This document shows positions 1-14,800 of a stretch of DNA of 64,000 nucleotides, piece after piece. The position numbers and the translations under genes are program-made. Positions within the stretch are counted from its first letter, which is position 1; each line of letters begins with the position of its first letter. Below the pieces are notes generated by a model. The model did not search any database. It was not told the DNA's origin and saw nothing but the letters and a program-made list of their open reading frames with translations. The DNA lies in NCBI GenBank assembly GCA_903813345.2, contig CAIIXF020000001.1, forward strand, positions 5,332,001-5,396,000, read 5' to 3'. The DNA comes from Owenia fusiformis. Taxonomy: Eukaryota.

Positions 1-851
1 GCAAACATGATTATATTTAATCATATCATGCTTGTTATTCTTCTATGTTGCTGTAGTCAGCTTTTATGATACTGAAGAATTTGACTCTATATCAGCTTTG
101 AAAGGATGTTCATCAGAAAACGTTCCTTCATTAATTTCTGAGATTTTTTATGTTGTTAATAGTAATGCACCATTGCAAACCAAAAAGTACCAATTTCTAA
201 AGTAGTTACAATGCAAAACCAGACTTGGGTTGGAGTAGTAGGGCGGGGTCACACAATGTATGAGTCATGCATGTATGCACATCTTTCTCATGACATACCA
301 AATGATCATTTTCTGGCCATCCATTTATTTTCTAATCAATGAATTTCTGTATTCAAATGTAGGATGAACAGAGGGAAAGTCATGAGAAAGTATACATAAT
401 CATGTTATTTGAATCAGAAAAATGTTCATACTGTCCCAGAGGGGAGAAACCTTCCAATGACGATCACTCATTATATGGCATTCAAGACCAAACCCTTGGC
501 ATTTGGGATGCTTTTTCGATTTAGTGGCTAGAAAGATCATACAAATTATGATTTGGATTCTTTATGTTCTTATACCTGTATACATCAGATACAAATGAGA
601 CATAAATATCATTCATACTCTAACTGATAACTTAATGCTATTATGTATCTGTAATATCATGGATGCCTATAATATAGTTCTATATTATAGGACTATATAG
701 GATAATTCTACTTCAAAAGTGGAGATTACAAATATGTACATTTATTTAAAACCATACATTATAAATAAGCAGTGAAGCCGTAGCAAAATCTTTTCTTCTG
801 TGATTATATTGCACGCTCATAATGTATCAATAATAAAAGAATACTGAAGCA

Positions 852-1944
852 AACTAGATAACAGCAACGTCAAAGCGTAGCAAAACCCATCGAACAGCCA
901 TGGCTGGCATTTTTCAGAAATCATTGTACTACTTTTTCAGTTATAGCAAAGATCATAAAAAAAGTTTTTATTAAATATGGCCACCATTTTCAAAATGGTT
1001 GCTCACTAGCCAAATTGTCATAAGAAAGTGTAATATGCTTCTAAAAAGTAGACAAATATATAATTTCAAAAAAACCGCACACACATACATGTAAATGGTG
1101 GTCATTTTGCAAAATAGCTGCCTACTAGCCAAAGTGTCGTTAGACAATGTCCCATGCTTATGACCTACCAAATATGAACAAAATGGCTCTATTACTTTTT
1201 GAGTTTTAGTAAAAAAACGTAAAATAACATATGTGAAAATGGCGAGCATTTTCAAAATGGCTGCCTTTCGACAGTATGCCGTGCTTATGATATTCACATA
1301 TCAAACATGAACAAAATCACTATTATTTTTTGAGTTTGACACATGTAAAAGTGGTGGCCATTTTCAAAATGGCCGCGTACTCGCCAGAGTGTGATAAAAC
1401 GGTGTGTGATGCTTATGAGCATTCAAATATCAAATATGAACATGCAAAATTGCTCCACTACTTTTCAAGTTACAGCAAAAAACGTAAAATAATGTGTAAA
1501 GGCCATCATTTTTCAAGATGATTGCCATCTACATTTGTAGCTTTACTAAAGGACGTATATAACTATCAAGAGCTTAGAAAACAATAAAAATGAGTTTTTT
1601 GAAAAATAAATCATCAATTTGATTCATTTTCATTAATTAAATCCAATAAATACGCTTTCTTTCTTTCTTTATACAATCTTTAATATCATATATAACTTTT
1701 TTACATTTGGCAGTAAAATGGCCACCATTTTTGAATTAGTTGCCATTTTGAAAATCCCCTTTCGAGAAGAACTTTTACCCCTATAGGACATACATAGCAC
1801 ATTATGAACAAAATCGAGCTGACAGTATCTTAGTTATCGCCCGGATAGACGGGTGGATGGACAGACGGATTGACTTACATATGGATGGCCGGACGGATGG
1901 AAGCATTCCCTATATCCCTCCAAACTTTGTTCGTTGGGATAATA
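852..1944 (+). mobile_element. HINE/pearl-like non-autonomous element
   Basis: AACTAGATAACAGC start, degenerate tandem cores with AAAATGGCC, (GGAC/GGAT)n microsatellite, 3' hairpin then GGGATAATAA. Confidence 0.7.
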
Positions 1945-2598
1945 AAGAATGGAAAATGAAGACTGTTAAACATAACTAGGAAACATACTGTATAATAATG
2001 GAGCTATCTGTTACATACATCACAACAATGGAAAGGACAATTTGCCCAAAATGCAGAATTTTAAATTCCTACTAATATATAATAATTAAGACCTTTTGTC
2101 CCAACACGATTAAAACAATAGTTTGTTTTCATCAAAGATTGCAACTTATTCTGAGGCCCATATATAATCCTTTTTAGTGAGATTTACTGGCTTTTTTATT
2201 TTACTTTAAATTCCATGTAAAAATTAGAAAGTATTCTGGAAGGCAAAAGCAAGATGAGGAAAATAATTTGATCAGAGATGATTTAGATGACTGCTAAACA
2301 ATAGTTCATTTGTAAGGGCCTTTCCCAATGATCAAAGAAAGAAATCAACAATATATGATTTGGCTTATAGACAACTAATAATTATTTTACACCAATTAGA
2401 TATACCCGTAAATTATACTCTTATACATGAATGTTAATCAAATATCTACAAATGTAATATCTACAAAATGTATTTCATAATGTTTCATAATTACAAAAAA
2501 AATATATAAAATTTGAACTTAAAATACCAGAATGAAGTAAAACATCAAAAGATATTTTATGTACTTTCAAAAGTATAATCAGTACAAAATTTACTTAC

Positions 2599-2870
2599 AA
2601 TTCCAGAGTGGAGCAGTTTTCCAGTGATGATTGTTATGAGTAAAACAGTTCATACTAGGAGCATTACAATCTCTCGTAGGATCTTTCTTTTTATTTTTTC
2701 GACGTTCACGCTTTCTTGCCTCTCGCAATCTTTGTCTCTCCATCTTGAGGCGCTGTCGTTTTGAGCGTCTCTGCTGTCTTCTGCCATCAAACGGACTCAT
2801 CTCTATAGTATCCACATAGTCACTGGAATATTCATCCGAAAAAGCTGTCCCTTTATCTCCTCCAGTAAAT
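2599..2870 (-). CDS. Sulf1: Sulf coding exon 14 (end of hydrophilic domain, C-terminal block)
   Basis: [29 protein letters not shown]...[23 protein letters not shown]; gcag| and |GTAAGT. Confidence 0.95.
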
Positions 2871-5800
2871 CTGCAAACACAACAATAACAATGAGGGAGA
2901 CCATGTGCCAATGGCAAACTAAGACAAGGCAAATGACATGAACGAAATCACACCATCAAAAAACTTTCAAAATGGCCACCAGAATAAAATGGCTGCCCAG
3001 AAGTCAGCTCTAGAACTTGATAACCTCTATCATGTGTGCAAATTTGGAGACAATTCGACAAGCGGTTTTCCTGAAATGCCGATGACAAGATTTATAGGAA
3101 AACCTTCAAAATGGCCACCAGAAAACAAGATGGTCACCCAAAAGTTATCCTCTATTATGTGTGCGAATCTGGAGAAAATTCGATGAGCGGTTTTCCTGAA
3201 ATGATGACAAGATTTTCCGAAAAATATTCAAAAAATGGCCACAAAAACAACATGGTCGCCCAAAAGTTAATCAGCTCTAGAACTTGATATCCTCTATCAT
3301 GTGTGCGAATTTGGAGAAAATCTGATGAGTGGTTTTCCTGAAATGGCGATGACAAGATTTTCCGAAAAGTATTCAAAATGGCCACAAAAAAACAAGATGG
3401 CCGCCCAAAAGTTAATCAGGTCTAGAACTTGATATCCTCTATCATGTGTGCAAATTTGGTTTTCCTGAAATGGCGATGACAAAAAAGCGGGACGATCGCG
3501 ATCACAATCACGATAACGATCATGACCACAACTATGACGACTATATCCCACCGATGGTGTGATAAAAAACACAAACCACAGCCTAGTAGATCTTCCTGAG
3601 CTTTGACAAAATATTGCTATCTTACTAATAAAAATCATTGTTATAAATGGGTCTGAATCCCCAAGCATTTAAATATACAATTCCAACAAAAAATCACTAA
3701 TGTGACAACAGTAGAATAATAACTAGTAGTTTGGGTGTTTAGCCAATAAATCTACATCCAAAAATCATAATTAATTATGATTTTGACTTAACCTCCACCT
3801 TTCTTCTCAAAATGAAATCTTTGCTGTTGATTTGTGCAGATGTAACTAATTGCACTAGATGGCAAGAGTATACTTATCAACATAAGGTCTATGAATACAA
3901 GAAATGGATGCAGACATTAAGCCTTCCCCTAAATGAGTTAAAAACATCAAGCCTGTTATAGAACATATTTAATTAGAATAACTATTCTAGTTTAATACAT
4001 GTATTCATTTTTGATTTGGTGAGGCCAAAAGGGCATCAACTGACCATAGTCCTGCTGTCTAATGCAAGGAGGCTCGCTAACATTTATCACCCTCATTTAA
4101 TTAAGAACCTCACTAAACTAAGAAAGTTAAATGTCTAGTAAATCCAATGCATTAATAAGTAACAGGCATGAACAATAAGATATTCACATGAAACTCAGAA
4201 AGCTAGGCCTAAAATAAATGAAACTGATCATATCAAATCAACTAGACCTAAAAAGGAAATATTGAAAATATCAATTGAGAACTAGACCTATAATAAAGAA
4301 AACAGAAATTAAAGTGGGTCATTGATAACGATCTAATTCTGAGGATCATATACTCTCTGAGAGACATCATATTTTGGAGAACTATAATATTTTTCACAAG
4401 CAAATATTCCACATAAAATTCTTCTATCCGGACAATGAAAACTATATTTTTTTAACCAAACTTTGTTTCAAAATGCAAAATGCAACAGTGACTAGTCACA
4501 GGTTATGTTTTAGGACCATTTAGGCAAATTTTCTCTGAAAAATGTCAAGCTATATTTAATGGTCCATGCCTTCGTACAATTTTTCTTTATGGATATTAGA
4601 AAGATGCTACCGACATTTCTCAAATGATATTCTGTAGAAAAATGTGTTAGCCTCTACACAAGAGAGACTTCTCATCTATCTTCGGTTTTGTTAACATTGT
4701 CATTATGCTCCACATTATTTCTACATTGTGTCCTGGGTGGTCCAAAAAGCTAGTTGAACAAACTTTCCAACTAGGGACAAGTATGGATTCATATACCAAA
4801 TATGGTTTAAATGCAAAGTGAAAGCACATCTATGAAGCAATTAGTTTGGGCCATATATCCAGCGAATACAGAAAGCATATTTCAGGTTACAAACCATGGA
4901 TCCATTGCTTAGCATGAGGCATATAGGTAGGAACAATATGTATAAATATATAATAAAACCTGTTAGTTGAGTGCTTTTGGTATTTCGAAATAGTGTTCAA
5001 CTTGATTGGTGTTCCAGTTCCTCTTTTAGAGGTAACAAGACAGGTTTTACAGTAGAGTATTGGCAAATGAAATAAACCAAAATAATGTCAGAGATAATGA
5101 TATGAATCCTATGTAATAATGATGATTATATGCCTACTGTTGTGAGTACATATAAAGCATACAAGAATCCAGCAGAACATACTGCAAAAGCCAGTCTACA
5201 ACCAAACATAAGCTAAAATGATGAGATATGGGGCATCAAAGCACATATATAATGGAGTTATACCTCGCAGCTGGTGGGAATATATAATTCTCATGATATC
5301 GTCGATATCTGCGGTGTCGCCATTTTCTTGCCCTTCGATTAGCTCCATGATTTGAGATGAGGCCAAGGAAAGATGCCCTATGTAAGTAACATTGAAGAGA
5401 TTTGGTCAATGTCATAAAATGTAAGAATACAAAGTTCTACTCTCCCCACTGTTTTTATTTTTTTATAGCCAATGGCACAAAAACTAATAAATACACATTG
5501 AATTAAGTATAATTTATTTACAAATTGTACCATTAGATTAAAATGACCTAGGATATGGAAAAAATTAGAAAACATCATAAGTCCATGGCATGGCAAGTGA
5601 TTTTGGACAGTCATCTTTCACTTTCTGGGTATAAATTTTGACAACACGGGGAATTAGAAGAGACTGTGGTTGAATTCAGTGAGATAACTACAGCCCATGG
5701 ATGTGGACAAATAACAAAGACAAAGTACAAAACAATAAAACTTGTTTGGAGCTGTAATTTTTACTACACACAGCACAGTGACAATGTCTGTCAGGTACTT

Positions 5801-8800
5801 CAGCTATTCATAAAATGATGTTGTTTCTTTCACATATGGAGATGTTTAATTTCCTTCAGTTACATTTTGCAGTTTGCAACCTTTCACCCTTTGCAGCCTG
5901 TTTAACTTTGATTCTGTTGAAACATGTGGGCCAAATAACACAATGGAACCTTGAATTACTTTCCAGACACAAGTTATGGCATTTTCATCACTCCTACAAG
6001 ACTGGGTCTTGGCAACATGTTCCAGAAATATATGCCAGGATCATATCTTATCAATTTAATGAGAGAGAGAAAGATGGACGGATGGACTGACAGATGGATG
6101 GACAGACAGGCGGACTGACGGAGGGCTTCACTATATCCCTACCGAACTTGGTTCGTTTGGATAATAATGTGTATTCCATACCTACTAAGGTTCTAGGTAA
6201 ATAACGAGCAGGAATATATACTGTATCTAGGGATCTATCACCGAGGAGCGGGGCGGGATGGATACAGCCTGTATCCATCCCGGTCCCGCTCTTTTCAATT
6301 TTTTTCCAAATTTTTTTTCAACATTTTTTTCAATTTTTTTTCAAATTTTTTTTTCAATTTTTTCACATTTTTTTCATTTTTTCAAATTTTTGGTAAATCT
6401 CGCAATCTTTAAGAACAAGAAAACGTGAACGGTATGTTTTGGAATTTTGGAACTTTATAAGGTATGATGTACCTAAAACCTCAGTAGGTATGAAATACAT
6501 CTGTTATGTACGGTCGGTTTTGAATACAGGATTTATCCCGCCGGAAATATGTGTATCACATATTTCACATATTTCCCTTGGGATAAACCCTGTATCCAAA
6601 ACCTCCCAGTACATAACCCTTATGTATAGAACTGACCCAAGTTCAGGGATAAGCCTGATCATCTATACAGATGTGTACACTGATGTCCTTACCATGGCTG
6701 ATGTTGTCTATAATCCCTCAGACCCAACCAGTGGCAACAATAGAATTATGTGTGATTATACATAATCTAAAGACAAGAGCTTCACCATTTGATGAAGGAT
6801 TTGATGTTCCAAATGGTTTCTAAACTAAAGAAGCATTACGTGGCCTGAGGACATTGATAGGGGAACCTCATGGATCATGCGCTAGTGAGGAAACAAATAA
6901 AGGAACTGGATATCACATACTGTGGCAAATGTGACATAAGGGATCTCCTATCAGGGGTTAATATAAGTTGAGAGACTGCCATTGAGGATCTAGCTCACCT
7001 AGAAGTGACTGATACATTCTGGTCAATTGTGTCTATGAAATCTAAATGTAACTGCCCGCCACCTTGTAGCAGCACACATTACAAAAGACAATGTCAAAGG
7101 CTGTATTGGCCATCAAATTAACACAGCAAACATTCTATGACACCTATGTGAATGCCAATAACCTAACAGCATGTCCAAATATTCTCTTCAAGAATCAAAC
7201 CCCTACACAGATTAAAACAAAGCGACTTATACAGAAGAACTTCCTGAGGTTCAATTTGCATTTTGAAAGCTTTCAAATCGAGGAAACATCCCAAATAGCT
7301 GATAACACCATCACACAGATGATCTTAGACATTAGTGAGAGCATGGGTTTCTATGTGGGGAGCTCTGTCATCATTGTTATGGACTAAATAAGAACAATTA
7401 CATTTTATTGCATTTTTGGTCAATTTCTCGTCCAAATGTCATATATACAAAATAAGAAAAAAGACTGAACATAAAATGCAAAAGACTACTTTCACTTTTA
7501 GGAAGTCTGCTTTGGAATATCACTAAAAAATCAATAGATGTATTCAATATCCTGTCTCGATGGCTATCAAGTGCCCATTAGGTCCAATCCCGAATGGATT
7601 TACTGTAGACATTTCTTAAGGTATATGTGTTATTTGAATGGCACAATACATGAGCTTAGGGTAAAGTATTAGTATTTTCTGGTTTGCCCTTTGATATAAC
7701 AATAACAATATAGCACCAAAGGGTGCCATAAAAAGGGTTCAGCACATATTACAAATAAATTGTTTTTATACTACTGTCAAGATAGTGATTTGAGAATGAA
7801 ATACTATATAAGTTTTATTACAAAAATAATAAATCTGTATTAACAATACAATGTTCTTACAAAATTTGCCAATCACAAAAAGATGTGGTATAGCTGTCCA
7901 ATGCCCACTTAGATATTACTTAACTTTTCCTCATCATTCACTTACCTTTCAAGTTCGTAATCGTAATCTTCACAATTGCATTCTGGGTCTTCTTGTTTGG
8001 AATCTTGGACACCACCATTCTCCTCAATGGTGATCTCTGTGGTAGACTCGGAAATTGTAGTTGAGGGAGGCTCAGTACTGGGTTCAACAGCTACAGGTTC
8101 AGATTCAGTATCCCAGAAAAATACTTTCTGTTCCTTGAATATTTTTTTCCTAACATCCTGTGATAGATTAAAAAAGCAAACTAGAAAACAGCATTTCCAA
8201 GAAGTAGCAAATCCCCATGAATATGAGTCGTTGTAAGTACAATACAATATTAACCATCTACTCTACCCTTGGTTAGCACGTTATAAAAGACAGACATTGG
8301 ATATACATCAGAATTTCTGCAAATTTGGGTGGCCACTTATGAGTATCAAAGGCACAAATCATGAAGACAATACAATATTTGTGATCTAATTTATAATGTA
8401 ACCATACTTTGAGGAGATCTCTAAACTATAGGAATTCCCGCTTTAGGACGCCATTTTGAATTTTCTGAGGTATGAGTCAGAAAAGCAAAACTATCATAAT
8501 AAACCAAATGCTTAGAGAATCAAGACATTACATGACAAAATTTCACCAACTAGTTGCTTAAAATATTATGATTTGTTTTTTACTTTGAGAAGGTCACAAC
8601 AGTCAAATCTCAAATTTATAGTCAGATTTGAACTTTTGAGAACTAGTAGATGATTTTGAAAAAAATTGGTCAATTTGAAGCTAGTTGAAAAAATACCTTT
8701 TTTAACCTTTTTTGACCTTGAGAAGGTCATAGAAGGTCAAATTTTAAATCTAAAGTAAGATTAAATTTTCAGAAAGCTTGTAGATGATTTTGACCTTTTT

Positions 8801-11800
8801 TAACCTTTTTTGACCTTGAGAAGGTTATCGAAGGTCAAATCTTAAATCTTAAGTCAGGTTTGATTTTCAGAAAATTTGTGGATGATTTTGAAAAAAACTG
8901 TAGTCAGTCTAAACATTATTTGTTAAGTTATTGGAAGTTGTAAGAATTTTTGACAGATGCAAAAATATGAGCATAATATAGCCATAATTATACAATATTT
9001 GCATCTATTCTAAACTGCCTTTATTTGAGTATAATAAAATCTCAAAAATAACCAAAATTTTTATTACTGACCCCTGTACACAGTCCCTGGGGGCTGTGCC
9101 GTAAAACTCGGGTAATATGTCAAACAGATACACTTTCTGGATAATATTCATTACTTTGGTTTGAAAAGTTTCATGATGTTTTAAAGAGAGCAGATTCATG
9201 GACAGAGCCCGGGGTGAGGAATAGCTTTATTGCTCTCAGGGTGGGGAAATTGACCCATTCATTTGGCCCCAGGGAAGAGAATCTGACAGCCCATATGATT
9301 ATCCAGACCTAATATAACAGCTAACAGATATAGAACACAGCAAACAAACCTTCAATTTATCAAGTGCCTCCTTGTATTCCTGTATTAGACTATCAATTTT
9401 CTCTTTCTGGTTCTTCCACTTTTCATACTCTTCATTGTTAAATATCTCACTTAGCACTTTCTTCTTGCATACAACCGTGTCATTGTTCAACACTCTGCAT
9501 TTCTTTGCCACGGTTTCATTTTTCTCTTTGTTGCTAGTAGATGTTGCATTCAACTCAACATCAATAACCTCACTACCTGAAATGGTTAAAAACACCTATT
9601 CAATACACATTCTCACTGAGTGTGTGTACAGTAAATATTTGTGAATTCTTCTAAAAAGGTATATAAAGTTTGCGGCAAGGTGATTGGGAAACTACTAACT
9701 TTTAATTTGCAAAAACCTAGTGCTTTGATAGATATTATATTGAACATGGTATGTCTTGGATTGTACATGGAGGTCTTGAAATCATCAAGGTTATTACTAA
9801 CATACAACATAAAGGCGACCCATCAACTATAACCATTAAAAATAAACTAGATACCTGATTCTTCTCCTTCTTCATTAATTGAGAAAGGATCATCAAGAGC
9901 ACTAGTGTCACGCTTCTTTCGGTCTTTTTGCTCCCTTTGGTCTTGTAACATAAACCTTGCAGTCCTTTCAAGGTCCTGTAGGTCTAATAAACTACGTTTA
10001 ATTCTCTTCTCATCTCTTCTATATCGTCTATATCTTCGCCTTTCAAAAGCCTTTTTCTTTAGAAATCTAGATTTATGATTGTCTGTAAATATAGCATACA
10101 TACCAATTACACATACATATCAATTAGTGAATATGGCATCATATTAAGTACTCTTCCAACATAGAAAATACATTTCCAAACCATAAGGGTAAAACTGATT
10201 TGAGGCAGTACGTCATGTCATTATTTGCTGAAGTAATTTCATTCAGCCTATCATTACTTAATTCTCTGATTCTGATCATTGCATTTTTCTAATCTATTGG
10301 GTGTTTAGCTTTTTATTTTGCTTTTCCCTTTAGTTCAAAATTCCCATGATGCATATGGACATTTTTGTTGTGCAAATTATTCATCAGTATTAAAAAGGAG
10401 ATAAAATAATGGATTACAGGGTATAGATGAATGAATGTTACCTTTAACATGTTGTTTTTGAAACAATCTCTTTTTCTTGTCTTTTCTGTTCTTTATCTTA
10501 TCAGGTGACTGATACTTCCTTCCGCAATTACACTTTGGCACTGCCTCGTTAAATGCCTTGTCAGCCTGACGACACTTTGACATGCGCATACGCCCTCTAT
10601 TGTCCCTCTTGCAAACCCATTGCTGTAAGATTTAAAGATATGTTATATGTTTAAGGTTTTCATTATCTTATAACGATGTAATAAACACTCTGGGCAAGTG
10701 AACACAGTGGCAATCTGTATGGAGAGATACTTAAGACAATTACAAAGTGTAACAATTGCAACAGATGTTGTTACTGAAACACAGGTCACCAAAATAAAAT
10801 CTAGATCCACTTCTTGGTGGAGACATAAATGTTTATGTTTTTCAGCACAATCCTATATTTATATATTTTTCCTTTATTGGTATGACCTCTATATTTCTCT
10901 TTGGATAAATCCTTGATCAAAAAGCAAGTCACTTTACTCTAATCTACCCTACATGCCCTACCTCTAAAAACCTGATAAACTGGTGAAAAACAAGTATTCA
11001 AACCTGTTTGGCAGTACAAGGAGGCTTGTATTCCGCTCTTGCACACTCTAAATTCAAACGTTCATTTTTGCCCACCATGTTGTTATGCTCTGCCTCCAGC
11101 TTCTCTCTCTCTTGAATCTGTTTATTTGTAATCTTCCTACAAAAAAGTAATTCCAGTTATAAACAAGTATTTCAAATTCAATTTCACACTTACTTTCAAC
11201 ATTCAAGTCTTCTAACTGTGTCATTTCCGAAATTTGAATTCAAGCTTGTTTTTTCCAAGAATTACAAAAACTCTGATTGTCAGAAATCTATGAATGAATA
11301 TTCAAGTTTATTATCAGGTGATTGATATTCTTTGGGTAACATTACTGTTTCTTGCATTTTGGTGAGTTTACTCCTTGGTGATATTAATGTTACTCTAATA
11401 ATTTTACTCACCCTCTTTCTATAAGGAAAGTGTCTCTCCACACTTTTTTCTTCTTTTTGCCATTACTTTTACTGAAAACAAACAAAATATGTAGATGATG
11501 TTATTACGTGTACCTCGAAACCCAACTTGTTTCATAAATAGCAAATTTTCTTCCCTTTCATATGTGTTCATCCGCACAAGAGTTTTTCTTTGGACCAAAA
11601 TTGAAGCTGGACATACGGACTAGCAGAATTTAAATTTCATGATTGTGAAAAATTAACCTGTGAAAGTTGGAACAATTTTGAAAAATCATTGAAAAGCATT
11701 GATTTCTGGTAGGCAGGAAACAACAGCAAACCTTGATAAGTTTTACCATAAATTTTGTATTTGTATTTATATATAATTGTATTTGTATTTATTTATTGAC

Positions 11801-14800
11801 ACAACCTAGTAACATATTACATTAAATACATTCATGGTATCGTCATGCTATGCTATGTTTATACAATTTAAAAAATATATATATATATAACTATCTATCA
11901 TCTATTATCTATAATACTGGTTACATAGATCTTTTTCTGAGGCATACAGTTATGAAGTGTGAGATGTCGCTGAGGTTAGATTTGTAGTTCATTATGTGTA
12001 AAAATTTACTTTCATCAGTCATTTGTTTAAAGTTAGGAATATTATTAGATATCTTATCAAAAAGTGTTTGTCTTTCATGATTAAATTTTGCACATTTTAA
12101 TATGAAATGTACTTCATCTTCAATTAGATTTTCCTGATTGTTGCATTGTATACAGTGTCTGATGTTTTTATGTCTACCAGCTTCAATTTCTAGTTTGTGG
12201 TCACTCAGACGTAGTTTAGTAAATTGTGTTCGATTGGCCAGTCTTTTTTCATTAATAAGATATTCTTCAAAATTCAAGTCGTGTTTAAATCTAGTGTAGG
12301 TTCTCAGTTTACTGTTTTGGTTTTTGCTCTGACCAGTCTGGGTTTTGATTTTCCATTGTGATTTAGTTAAGGCTGTAAGTTAATCTTTAACTTCTTTTAT
12401 AAAATCATTTTTTGATTTTTGGGTTGTAAATATTATATTTTCTATATTGATGTTAATGCTAAGTAAGATATTCTTAATAAAGGAGAGCCATTTGCTGTAT
12501 TTGAGGGATTTTATGTGGTTGAACACCTCAGAGGTTAGACTATTTTTGGTTTGGGTTTTAAGGTGCATCATAAAATGTGTACCATAGTTTTATAACAAAG
12601 AAGTACATGAGTTGCTACTTACTTTATATCAAATAAATTTAGCCATGACTTGCCATCCATGTGGGGTGGTACGGTTGAGCCGGACATATCAAGTATAGTT
12701 GGGGCAAGATCAAGGTTCAATACTATAGATGGCACCCTGAAATATATAAAATATCATCAGAAGTCAGATAGAAAAAGTACTGTGATATATAGTCAGTCCT
12801 GAAATAAATAATTTGAGATTTCAAGTCAAATATGAATTAGATTCCTCTCTAGTGTGGATATGTCTTCTTAAAGGTGGTGTACGAAAACTCCAAGCATATA
12901 TACAAACATACAGGGTTCAAAAAACGCAACCTAAAGATAACGCTACATCTTGGAAAGTACTAATCCAATTATGTTCATTTTTTTCAGGGAAGAAAGAAGA
13001 GACTGTGTATGTATTGTATGGCTCCTTTTGTTAGTTGTAAAACATGATGCCTTGGACACCTGCTCAAAAGACATTAGTACAGTATTAGAAAAATATGAAT
13101 AAAACCGAATAACTTTCTAACCAAAGTGTTTTGGAACTTCAGATTTGGCACAAATTATCCTCATTCAATGTGTGGTGAATTTGTGGAGTTAAAAATTGTC
13201 AAAGTTGTGGGGGTCAAAATGCCTTTTTAAGTCTGCCTGAACCAGGGCGTTTGACTGTGTTTTGAAAGCATTTCGACCATAACTGTAAAGTCCCTGGAGT
13301 GATTTTGATTTCACTCTTCAGATTTACCATGCATTGAATGAAGATGATTTGTACCAAATTTGAAGAGCCAAAACACTGTGGTTAGGAAGTTATTTGTTTT
13401 TTGTGGTTGCAGTCACCTCTTACTGCATTTTTCGTATTTTTTTAGTACAAATGTCTTTTGGTGTCCAAGGCATCATGTTTTAGAACTAATCAACTACAGG
13501 AGCTATACATACACAGTCTCTTCTTTCTTTCCTGTATGTTTATGGTAAATTCAGACATAGCTAACATTTTCTTTTGTGAGAATATTTTGCAATGTGTGAA
13601 AAGAATTGAAGCCCAAGACTCAATGCATTTGTGGAATGAACATTCCTTTCATGCTTTGTTTCCTAAGATTAACACTCAATGCACATCTCATGCAAATTTT
13701 GAAAAGCAACATCTTCAAGGAATGGTCATTCCTCATTGCACTGAGTCCAGGGCTTAAATCCTTAAATATCTTTCAGGTTAAAATGAGGCAATACTTACTT
13801 TGTGCCCTTGGGGATTCCTGGTCCTCTGACATAGAATGGCACTCTGACATCAAAGTCATATGGCATAGCCTTCCCCTTTAACAAACCATACTGGCCTAGA
13901 TGGTAGCCATGGTCAGATGTATATATGAAGTATGTATTGTCAAGTTCACCAAGGTTCTTCAACTCTTCATAGACCTAGTAACCAATTGATAAAACAATGC
14001 TAAGCAAGTTTACATGTATAAGGTAAGACTCCAATAACATAAACGCTGCAAATGGTTGAATTGGCAAAATTAACAGGTAATGTGGATGCAAAGAATTTAC
14101 ATCGTAAGAAAGCACTCATAAATATCATGATATGCTGTTATAGACTTTAATCTCTGTTATGGGCAACTTTTGCAGTTATTTTCTATGGTGAACCCACCTT
14201 AATATATCCCAAAAGTGAGCCAAATCTTACAGTGTATATGTATGTACTGTGTATGTTATATTCAAACAAACACAAAAGGCTGGTGACCATTTCATCAGCA
14301 AGGCCTACCTTTTCCACAGCATCATCTACAGACTGCAACGTTTGTAGTCTCTTCCTTTGTAACATGTCTGTAAATTTAATATGTATAGGTTCCATCTTGC
14401 CTGTGTACTGTAAGATCCACTGTTTGTCTGGATTAGGAGCAACATTCCAACTTGGAGTTCTGCGATATATAATTCAATGGTTAGTTAATTACAGTATAAC
14501 ATGTACATTCTCTAAATGTATTTTCAATTTTATTAATATGTCAATTCACTTATCCACGGATGATTATATAAAATCACTAATTTGTTGAATAAGAGAAATT
14601 GAGACAATATTGGAACAAGTTGAAAAAATACCTTTTTGACCCTTTTTAACTTGAGAAGTTCATTGAAGGTCAAATCTCAAATATAAAAAATGGTCAATTT
14701 GAAGCAAGTTGAAAAATACCTTTTTGAGCTTTAAAATTTGAACAGAATCGCACACATACACATGTAAATGGCGGCCATTTTTCAAAATGACCACCTACTA

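Noticed and set aside
3790-3857. Possible additional small Sulf exon
   Set aside because: No acceptor/donor pair gives the required phase 2-2 open frame.
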